Origin: Chrysomallon squamiferum
Taxonomy: Eukaryota; Animalia; Mollusca
NCBI GenBank assembly: GCA_012295275.1
Contig: CM022668.1
Span: 3,782,001-3,846,000 of the forward strand
Length of the DNA: 64,000 bases
Direction of reading: 5' to 3'
Part shown: positions 28,906 through 41,500 of the stretch, piece after piece
Layout of the letters: every line of letters begins with the position of its first letter
Position numbering within the stretch: position 1 is the first letter of the stretch
Notes under the pieces: model-generated
What the model was told of the DNA's origin: nothing
Database searches by the model: none
Seen by the model: the letters and a program-made list of their open reading frames with translations, nothing else
Position numbers and translations under genes: made by a program

Positions 28906-31900
28906 AGGACAGATAGATATATATGTATGCACATACAGAAAGACAGAGAGAGATTGACATTGATTGATTTATGCTTTTGAATATTGTGAATATCTAAGAG
29001 AAAATAAATGAGTCTATGATACTTTAATATAAATATGTTATCCACTGTCTCTGACAGACATTGAGACATTAGTTTTGAGTTTGTGATTCTCTATAATGTA
29101 ACATTTCACTGATTTACTGAGTGGTAACAGTCTTACATCATCCATCTTGTAGTTAATGACAACTGTCTCATCTCCTGCCACAGTTTTCTTTGATGTCAGA
29201 GCCTCCATCAGTGTCCTCTCCTTCACCTGGTAAATAAATAGATAAATAAATAGACTTAAAATATATGTTAGTATCATATCTTTATCTGACAAATATATGA
29301 AACCTTTTTATAATGTTAAATTTAAGTTTTCTCCTTCATCAAGATTTGTATTAAGTTAATCAAACTTTGATACACAATAAAGATAACTAACTAACTACTG
29401 AAATAAATAAATAAATAAATGAACAAGTAAATAAATAAATAAATTATAGTAAAATGTAATTACTTTAAGAAGTTGTGAAATAATCTGTACAGTTGTTTCA
29501 TTTTTTACCGTCACTGATTCATCATGATGTTGTTCTCGCTGTGGGAAAAAAAAAAATCAAAAAAAAATATCAGTAAACAATAATTTTATTAATAAGAATA
29601 AAGAGAGGTAAATTTGCTCTGAGAAAAAAATATTTACTAATTATAAACCTAAGTGAGATTGAGAGTTAATATGTTTTAGAACTGTTTCTATAAACAGAAC
29701 AGAGCTGAAAAATTAACCCTCACCCCACCCAAAAACAACAACAACCAAAACCTGAAAGGATAAAGTAATTTCTAGGTTAATGTATAATAATACAATAAAA
29801 AAAATGAATTAAAACTTTGAGCACATCTTTAAAACACGTTTTAATCTGCTTATCAAGTTTATGGTATTTGTAAGAGTAACAGAAGTTTAATTACTTTTAA
29901 TTTAAACAGAAGACATGTTTAGATCTCTGGAGTTTAAACAGACCCTAAATGTGATTAAATCAGGTTTAACCCAAAACTGAAATTTATAAAAAAAATATAT
30001 CTTTCCATAAGAACATTTAAAAAAAGAAGAATGAAGTATAAATAACAAAAAAATGCTACAATTCAGTTATATATCTTATTAATCTTTATCAGAACAGTAA
30101 AAATACTTAAGTTTTGTAGTAAATCTTTGAAGAAATCATCTAAATGTGCTCTTCTTTTATGTTTTATGTTTTACTTTTTTCTTCATTTTGCTTACAGATA
30201 TTTTGTTTTTTTATTACAAATCTTAATTAAAAATTACTTTAAAAAACACCTGAATGCCATCTTTTCATGTGTTGAAAAATTACTCATAAATTTAAGTTCA
30301 AAAGCTTATAAAGGTAAGATTATTAATGATATCAGCTTTGCTCAACAAATAAATACAATCTTCCCAGTTTTAATTTTTTTTTAAATTGCTGTTTACAAAC
30401 AAAAAAAAGTACTTGTAAAGTTTGTAGAGATATCTCTAAAACTAATAAGCATCGAGTTAGGTGAAATATTGTTTCTCTACTAATACTGCTTACAGGTTTA
30501 GCTTAGGTCATGCAAATAAATAGCCTAATAAAAATCTTTTTAGTTCCAGGTTTTTATTCTAATCTTGTAGACAGGCTATAATTGCCCACAATTAAAGTAG
30601 TATTGTCACAAAACATCTGAATCATTTTACAAGCAAAGTCATAATGTTGTTGCATACACACTGGATCAACGTTAGCAAAACTTATAGCAAAATGTTCAAC
30701 ACTGTGAAGTCATAACTAGTGAATCTGGTGAAACCCATATAGTTTTAAACTTATTTTGATCTTGCTTACTTGCCCTCTGTAATCACCTTTTCAAACTGCT
30801 CTCTAAAATATTTTAAACTTTCCATGTTTTTATTTTTTTTAAATATATATATTTTTATTTCATTTTATTTTTTTTTTTTTTTCATATTTTTTTTTCTTCT
30901 AATGAATGGTTAAATGATAACTGATGATAATGAAAAATAATGAAAAATCATTTAAAAGTAAATCATAAATAATTTCATAATTACCCTTCTGAATTCGACA
31001 TTGCCCAGATGCAGAACTGCAGACAAAACTGAGAAGATCCTGGGGAAAAATAAATCAATATAAATAAATAAATAAAATGATATTACCTTTTATGTTTTTA
31101 TTAGGACAATATCTTGTTAGTAATTAAATAAACAGAGATCACATATTAATTAGTTTCTTTTAGGAGTAATTCATTTAGAAAAATAATTTCAAATCTGCAC
31201 ACAAACACACAGAAACGTGTGTGTGTCTGTCTGTCTGTCTCTCTCTCTGGCTCTTTCTCTCTCTGTTTTTATGTTTGTCAACACACACACAAACACACAC
31301 ACACACACAGAAACAGAGAAACACACAACTACCTACAGATAAAATGTTATATAACACACACATGAAGTTCATTCTGTATTTACCGTCTCTGTGTTTCCTG
31401 TGAGAAGCCGACCATCTCCATTGACTGTCTGAGTCGAGCAAACTCGTGAGTTTCATCAACACCTTCCACCCCATAGCAGTCACTCTGCAAACACATCAGT
31501 TTATAGTCAGTGTGGGTGAATGGATTGAAAGAATAAACATACATGTAGTCAGAGTATGAATGGAACAAACAGGATAAACTGACAGATAAACAAATTAACA
31601 GACAGGTGTAAAAAAAAAAATATATATTGTACGTAGATGGACAGATAAATAAACAAACAGAACAGGAAGAAAGTATGAATGACAATATGTTAACAAATAG
31701 CTTTAGATGTTTTAATGACTGAATATTTTTTATTACAATTAAAATATCACTCATCTGGCTTGTTGAAACTTGAGAAAAAAAATGTAAAGATAGAGATCAG
31801 TAATGCTGAGATAAATGTGATTATTCTTTTTGTAAATTAAATACAAATAAAAAGGAAAAAATGGTGTAAGAAAAGAGCTGTAAAGAAAATGAGAAATGTG

Positions 31901-32038
31901 AAAAACAACTCAGCAGACAGGAAAGTTAGTAAGAATGAGAAAAAAGTGAAATGTTACAACATGGTCAGTATTCAGAATGATAACTATTTTACAGATCTTA
32001 CATAGGATACATTAATGTTTTCTTTTTTTTTTTCTTTA

Positions 32039-32069
<31 letters not shown>

Positions 32070-33367
32070 CATCATCATTATTATTATTATTGTTTTGAAT
32101 ATTTAATTATTTTTTTTATTTTTAGTTTAAAAAAATTTCTTTGCTGTTTTTCCCACCTCTTTTTAACTCCACCTTTTTACATCTACTATCTTCCACACCT
32201 TATTCTACTTATACCCACCCCTCTCCCTTCCTTTCATTTTCTCACCTGATTGAGATAGTAATACTCTTCAGCCTTTCTGAGATGTAAACTTTCTTTCTGT
32301 GCAGAGTCTGAGCCAGCCAGCAGGTAATAAAACACATGATAGTTTCTGAAAAAAAGTTAACAAAAATCCGTGACAGAAGTTAGTCTACAGTAGTTGTACA
32401 TATACAGCACCACAGAGTTTGTATATGTATGTGTTTGTATGTATGTATGTATGCATGCATGAATGAAGGTGTATGCACATGTTTATATATGTATAAGTTT
32501 ATGTGTATATATATATGTGTGTGTGTGTGTGTATGTGTGTGTGTGTGTGTGTATGTGTGTCTGTTTGTGTGTATGTGTGTGTGTTTTGAATGTAAGAATG
32601 TACATGTCAGTGTTGTCTTAAATTATATGTATATGTGTAAATATTTCCCTAAGTACATGCACACAGTCACTACAAAGATAACATACTAAAACTCACACAT
32701 GCATACCTGCATGCTTACAATATATTTTATTTTATACTTACTTATTTATATGACGTTTTAATTGTATATGAGTGTATTTTTATATTTGTTTTTTAAGTAT
32801 ACAAGCAAACAGGGACATATAAAAAAGAAATTACCAGATCTGTATATACTACTATATGCAATAGAAAAGCACATTTCATATTGTTGGAATGTTTGTATGT
32901 ATTAGTTACATGTAAATTAACAAAAACAGAATGTAATTTTCTCTTGTTTTTAACAACAATTACAAACTGTAATCTTACAGCTGTTAAAACTTTTAAATAC
33001 ATTATATTTTTACCACTTTATAATAATAGGAGGACTAATACTTATACTTATAACATTGTGTTACGCATGTTATTAAATCAAACAATTAAAGATATTAAAT
33101 ATGAAAAAAATAAAAATAATGAAACACAATAAATACTGATTAATTTTACTTCTGTGATTTAGCATTTTAAACATTGCTAATATTTAGCCTCAAGAGAAAA
33201 GCATTTTATTTTCCATTAGCAACATGTCTTTTTATCTGGACCTTCCCAAAAACATGAAAATACCTTCATCATTTATGACCAGTCATGTGTATCAGACAAG
33301 GATGGGAAATAACCCACTGACCAACCATGCATGAACTCAGTATTAGGTAGGAACAACTACATTAATC

Positions 33368-33452
<85 letters not shown>

Positions 33453-33458
33453 AGATTG

Positions 33459-33512
<54 letters not shown>

Positions 33513-36500
33513 CAACAATATTTTTCAGTTTTATCCTACCTTTCATTTTTGGCTTGTGAAACTATTCTGGACTTTTCTAAGAGATATTTTTCAACAATAG
33601 CACTGAAAGAAAAATATAAGCAAACATATTCACAAAAATAACATTTATATTTTCACAAATAATTACAATATCAATTTTTATTTTTACAAATATAACAATA
33701 ATAGCAATAAGAGTAAATAAATAAATAAAAATATAGAAAATAAAAAAAAAAAATTTGATATCAGATATATTTAGATTAGCAAGGAGTTAGCTAGAGGCAA
33801 GAACTGAAATGTTTTTTTAATCTTAAACTTTTACTTGACTAGATATATCAAATTTCTAAGCATGTAGTTTCTATCTTTCATTACAGCCACTTAAGGCATA
33901 TGATCCTGCTTGTGTTTCAAAGCCTGCAAATAGAGGGTACATGCAAAAGTGCATATTATACAGCATATCCACAGAAATACATTTTATTTATCAAAGACTT
34001 TGCTGATGACAATTATGTGCAAAATATATCAAGGATGACTTTTTTATTTTGTTACATTCTTCTTTGAAATACAGAAAATAAAAACTTTTAAACAAAATAC
34101 ATTATTGCAGTATCTTAATCATTTAATATTTTTAAGGATATTGTTTTAAGATTTACTTAGATACACTCAGCTCAGCTGCAAGCAAATTATTATATAATAA
34201 AAACAAAATGTTAACAGGCATCAAGTAACAATGGTACTTTTACAGGATCAATGTGTGAGACAATAATTTAATAAGGTATACACAACAATTTATATGTACC
34301 AGTGATAAACTATGACAAACAGCATACTTTGACCTTGAATATGTTTTTTTTCCTTTTAAAATATCATCCTAATACAGCATTGAGATAGGAACCTATCTAC
34401 ACCAGTTCAACCACTGAAGTATACTTTATGTCAACTTACCCATGAACCATTCCATTCTCTTTGTAGTTCACCTGAATAAACTTGCCAAATCTGCTTGAGT
34501 TGTTGTTATGTACCGTCTTTGCATTGCCAAATGCCTGGAAATTAAATTAAGCTAAATTAGATTACAGCATGTTGCATTTCTGTTAGACCATTCTAATATA
34601 TAAGTATAAAGCCACACACCCACAGACCCCATACCCACCCACAATGACACTCAAAAAACATTATAAACATTATGAACACAAGAAATGAATACAAAATAAT
34701 TCTGATTAATTCAGATTTATTTCCAGTTTTATTGTTCTGTATGCAAAAGTATAATGTTACTTTTATTATTATTATTATTATTATTACTATTATGATTATT
34801 ATTATTATTATTATAATCATTATTATTTATTTATTTGCTTTTTAAGTAATATTCAGAAAAAAAAGCACTTTTAAAATACAAGAATTCCTAACACATGAAC
34901 AGACCACTGAAATTATCACTTCAAGGTCAGTTTTACAATATGTAAATATTACATAGCAGTCAATGTGCAGCCTCTCTCACACTACCATTTAAAGTAATGA
35001 AAACAAACATTATACTGCAATTAAACAATACAAATCCGCTTTATACAGAGTGTGTGTAGTTATACTTGTTTACACACATGCTGCTTTTTATATCCAAGTG
35101 TGTTAGAGTAAGTAAATGAGAGAGCATGTATGTTAGAGTTTTTACATAAATTATCTCTGAAAGTTCAATAACAGATTCTCTGGATCAATTTAAAGCAAAT
35201 GTTTGATTATATAAATATTTGTCTTTTCTTTAAATAAACATATCATACATTAATGTCGGTAAGCATAAAGCACATATATCTCAGACTTCAGTAATACTAA
35301 AGTACAGATATCTCAGACTTCAGTAAGACTAAAGTACAGATACCTCAGACTTCAGTAACACTAAAAGTAGAGAAATCTTGAACTTTAGTAGAATGTATTT
35401 TATCAGTTCACTTCCTTTTCTGCCCTCATCAAAGAAGGAATCTGCTGGAATAATTCCAGACTGCCTAATGTCTGTCATCCAGCACTGAGTGATTTAGCCT
35501 GGCCAAGTACTAACACAGCACACCACACACCTGCTGTACTAACAACCTCAACATGTGTTTAGTTTTTCTTAGTACTGGCCTTCAGTTTGTTGTTCCTTAA
35601 ATATTACTTGTTGTATTGTATTTCAGATACAACTCACATATCATTTTAAAGTTATGTATAAGCATACAACATAGAACTGTAAAAAACAGTCTTTTTATTT
35701 TATACAAGTTGACATTTTGACAGAGGCACCAGAATGGTTTACATTTTATCTACTGATATTTTGTCTGTATCCCACAGAAATGTCACAATTAATACTCTAG
35801 TGATATCACAAAATTATCCACTAGTCAAACATCCACTGATAAACAGCATGATTATCATGTATAACTGTTAAACATCAAGTCATAACTAATATTTAAAATG
35901 TTTCACAGTTAAAATATCAAGCCATAATTAAATATTTCATATGTTTCATGGTTACATATCAAGACATAATTAAATATTTCAGATGTGTCACGATCAAATA
36001 TCAAGTCATAATTATATATAAAGTGCTGTTTTTTGAGTGGTCAAATGGAAGATTGCAAAACAATCGTTTATTTATTTATTTATTTATTTAATTTGTTATT
36101 TGTACGTGTTATCTTAAATTTTTCTGAGTAACGCAAGGTTTATGATGCACAAACAAGATTAAATCAAATTAAACCTTTCACTGAGTAATTAAAAACAGCT
36201 CCAGCTAAATCAATAAGACTAGAAGAGGAGAGCATGTTGGGCTGGTTGGAAGTCTCTGGACACAAGTAAATCCACTTTCCACAGTTAAGAGAAATAAACA
36301 TTTTAGTGGATATATCCACTTACTGCAACGAAAGACTTAAAATACATTATTTATTTGTTCAGGATAGTTACAAAAATATACTATATTTATTTATTTATTT
36401 TTTAATTTGGTGTTTTTTTGCATACATCATCTTCATTTGGACAGAAAACAACATAAAACATTTTTAAATTTATGTCTAATTTAAATATACATTAAGTTAT

Positions 36501-36917
36501 TCTGCTCAAGATTTAAAAGTTTAACACACAAAAAATAGGAATGATCACTGATCTCTGGGTGATTTTTACAACCTCGCTGCTGGGCTACGTCTCAACAAAC
36601 AAGAACTATTGATAACATTCAACAAACTGTACATTTTAACATCTTTTATAAACCAAATCAATATCAAGATGCTGATACATTGACAACAACTCTTTATCAT
36701 GCTGTTTGTAGACTGGCCAAGCTGGAAAGAAACTATTACAAATCTCGCTGTGATACACTGACCTCTCTATGGGATACACTTATGTTAATATAGATCCATG
36801 TTTTAGAAAAGGATGTATCTGCTTAAATATTTTATTTAATGTGTAGACTATTTATATAAATTGTATGTGTATGTATTTTATATAAACATTAAATATGCAA
36901 GCAAGTGTGTGTATATG

Positions 36918-36963
<46 letters not shown>

Positions 36964-37597
36964 ATTTATATCTATCCAAAAATATATAAAAGTATTTCCA
37001 TAGATAAAGTGCACAGCAGGACAATTTAGAATGAATGTAAACGAGGCACTTATCAGTTGATTATGATCATAAGGTTGTTCTGCTATTTTGTTCAAACTAT
37101 TTATTAATTATTGTTTTAACAGAATTATTTTATGTTAGTATTTTACTGGTTATGACATTGATTACAGATATGAAACCTGTGTCTCCATGAACAAAGCATT
37201 ATGATGTATTTGGTTGTTTTTTTAAATAATTCTAAAATTACAAATTATCTCTTTTTATGAAATAGTTATTATATACCATCCTCCAGAAACAGATCTTCCC
37301 AACTGTTACAAGACTCATTACTGATCTGAATATTCTTTTAAAGATCTGCTACACATACATTTAATTATGAAGATATAAAACATGATGTGGTCTATGTTGT
37401 TGAAAGTGAATGACTCACTGAATGATGGATGATAAAGTTCAGTGTGGCATGTCTCAAATTATCTGTGTTATCTGACAGCAGCCAGAGCTGTATAGTCAAA
37501 CCACATATACCTAATCTCATCTCTTATACACCACAATGTATTTCCTTACATCTACCATACTGCTGGTGATTGTAATACCTCAGCATATACATATAAA

Positions 37598-37633
<36 letters not shown>

Positions 37634-38514
37634 ATAAGACAGAGGTATAGACAGATATGTATCTGTGGATGGCACCATATACATTTACATATGTATCAGA
37701 AGTGTTTTTAATTAATAATTGTTGTATATTTCATTTATTGTATTTCAAATAGCTATGAATACTTGATATAACAAAAAGATAATAAATAAATTGAAAACAA
37801 TAACCCTACATAATTCTAAACACACACACACACACACACAATTACACACACACATCCATATATAAAGTGGTGCCTTGACTTACGACTTTAATTCATTCGT
37901 GACCGAGCTCATAACTCAAATCTGCTCGTATATCAAATAAATTTTCCCAACTGAAATTAATTAAAATACCATTAAATCTGTTCCAGCCACCCAAAACTGC
38001 CCCATTTTTTTTTTAGTAATGTGTTTTTAAGTAAGAAAAATATATTTATAAATGACAAATATTGTAAAAAATAATAATAATAATAATAAAAGAGAATGTA
38101 AAGAAATAAATTGGTTTTGTAAATCAGACATTATTTTAGTGTCTTTGGCTGGAGTTACAGCCTATATCGACTCCATCTGCTTCAGTATGGTACTATGCTT
38201 ATACTGTCTAACCAAATTGACTGTATACACACCTCACTCATGTTTTTCTATGATTTCATGCTTTAATTCAATTGTCATCATCCGATTCTTCTTCTCAGCA
38301 CTGTCATTTGCACTCACTTTCTTACAATCTTTTTAACTTATGTTTTTTACTTTATGTAAAACTGGATATTTTTATGCCAAGATATCAAGATAACTCGCCT
38401 TAAATGGCAACTTTTTTTAAAGTAAATGTGATCACACAGCATAATAAATATATATATATATATAAATATATATTTAGATAAAATAAGTAATCTGTTAGCA
38501 ACCACTGATTCACA

Positions 38515-38563
<49 letters not shown>

Positions 38564-41500
38564 ACACACATGCAAACAGATGCACAGATACAAATACATT
38601 TTAATGAACTTGCATTCACATGTGTGTGTCTGCCGAGATGTCTAACTACTACAAGCAAATGAGTTTGTTATCAACGTGACAGGATCAGCAGTCCTGTTTG
38701 CTGATTGCTTGGAATGTCTGTGTTCTGCTGCTGGTCAGATAGACACAGAACATGTAGATATGTACATCTTGAGATAACTCACAAAACTAGCATGTTTCCT
38801 GTCCTTCCTGCTTCAGTGATCTAAATATACCTCTGCTTACTGTAGTACGTGTAACGTCAGTGTATTAAACACACACCTACTGGTCATGCTTCACCAGCAT
38901 CAACACATGTACTCATCAACACACACATGTATGTATTCTCTCAGATTAAACTGAATATGGTACATTTAATCTACACAAAGCACATGTAATGTATTATAGA
39001 AACTCAATATGTCAAGTTTAATTAATTAAATAGTACACTTAAATACAACAGCTTCAAGTGTTGATGAATTAATGATTATAGTAACTGTCTAACTGTTCCA
39101 GATGTATTTAATAATGAAAATTAAGAAATGTTCTAAACATTTTAGTTATAAATTAAACTATCGGAATATTCATAATGAATGACATTAGAAATAATTACTT
39201 ACTAACAAAAACAATGCTGTAAACATTAGAGATAATTACATTACTAACAAGCAATGCTGTAAATATCAGAGATAAATACATTACTAACATAAATAATGCT
39301 CTAAATATCAGAAATAATTACTTACTAACACAAATGGTGCTTTAAACATCATAGATAATTACTTTACTAACATAAGAATGCTGTAAAGATTAGAGATAAT
39401 TACATTACTAACATAATGTAAGTAAGTGCAGTGACACAAATATTGATAATGTACTATTTGTTATCCAGACTGTGTAAAGATATCACTGACTTGCTTATCA
39501 CAGGTTTATACTTGAAAAGAAAGTAAATACAGTCAACAAGTAGTCATATTGTTATTTTCATATTAATGAACTATTCAATATATTCACATAAAATATCAAA
39601 AACAGCTGAACTATTGTGAATATTCAATAAAGGAAAACGTATTAGTGATAGGTGAACTGTTATGAAAATACAGTGTATGTAAATACATTAATGACTGCTG
39701 ATCTATTATGAACATCCAGTTTATGTAAACATATTAGTTATAATTTGCTATTACAAATATTTATAATGTATTATAACATATTAGTATTATTAAAGAAAAC
39801 AGTGCTGATAGTTAACTATTACTATTATTTGTAATGCATTATATATATATCAGTTATATAAAAGAAAAATACAAGTTGACATGTAAGTAAATTAACATTC
39901 TTCTGAACAGTTCAAGTAGGGCTGTCATGGCACAGTCTCTGTCTTCTGACAAATGATTGTTTACCTCTGGTCAGATACCTGTGTTTTGCCATGACAACAC
40001 TGTTTAACTTTGTAATTACACTGACTGCCAGGTGTCTCCTGTATCTCTTTGTGAAATAGTTCAAAGAGAAACAGTGAAGTTGTAAACTAACTCACTGTCA
40101 TAACCTTCTCAGTAAAAACAATTAAACATCAGCAGTTACACTAGTTTGTACATAATTACTTCAAACGTGGTGACAGGTTATTTATTAATAACATGTAATT
40201 TATTTTAAACATTTCACATCTCTGGAATTCTATTTGAAAACAGACCAAATACTTATTTTCTTCTTTTTTCACTGCTATTCCTACTTATATAATTAAACAT
40301 GAGTTTAACAAGAACAGAAAATTAGATTAAATTAAAAAAAAAATCTTTTTTTTTTTGAAATTATTAATTACTTTCATTTTTATTTATTTTTTACATATTT
40401 CTGTGAAATTAAGTGTCAATACTATAGCTATGTGTAAAAATACTTCATACAAATATGAAATGTTAGTCTTTATTACAAAAGCGCATCTTTACATAAGCAT
40501 GGCTTTTAATTCAAGTCTTGAATGAGATACACTTGAATACCCATCAAATCTTAGCTCTGTACTCTACAACCAGTGTAGTCTGTTTGTGACTAACGAATAC
40601 CAAAGAAAGTTAACTGCATGTGTGAATTCATTTGCCCTGTTTACTTACACTGAGCACAGGAATGAGTGGCCATCACTCACTCAGTCATTGCTCAAAACCA
40701 AAGAAGCGAAATGATAAAGAGGAAAATTGATGTCTTCCATCAGCTAAGCTAGCAAAATGAAAGTTAGAAAGATAAAGCCCCCAAAAAAGAATAGATCACA
40801 GAGATAAAAATGATACACAAAAAGAGTTTATATATATCAAGAAAGAAATATATCATGAGAAACAAATAGTGTGATAAATAGACAGTGTGTGATGTGAGAG
40901 AGAAGCCAATAAAATAGTTTTAAAAACAATAGTAATAAATAGATGTTGGGATTTTTTAATTTTGAATTTAAACTTGGATTCCATCAAGTCCTGCAAATTA
41001 TTTCAAGTTTTTTTTTAGAGTACAAGACTGAGAAAGGCTACATTACATTAATATTACTGTTGAGCAAAATAAACTAACAAAGACAGCTACTGATGAATCA
41101 TCCAGATCAGTCAACATACATATGCATTAACCATGTCAGTTAATATTAAACTACTGACATTGTTTTGTCTACATCTGTATTGTATATTTACTAACTTCAT
41201 GTATGTTTTACTCCAATTCTAGTCATTTTTTTTTTGTATTTATTTCTCAATGAGTCGTTCTGCATAAACTTTCATAATTAACTTTTACTCACTAATTTCT
41301 CTTTTCATTCTTTTCTTTTACTTTTAGTATTAAAAGGACCAAGAAAACAATGATAATTGTTTGTTGGTAGTGTAGTGGAGATTATGTTTGGGGATAAAGA
41401 TACAACAGCATGAGAATGCGTGTCATATCAGTCTAAGTTAAGAACTGCTGATAAAGAAGTCAATAACTGCGACAACAGTGTTGTTGTTGTTCTGTTATGT

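Noticed and set aside
35502-35513. CCAAGTACTAAC match to reverse-complement 5S rRNA
   Set aside because: Only 12 nt; the flanks do not match 5S.
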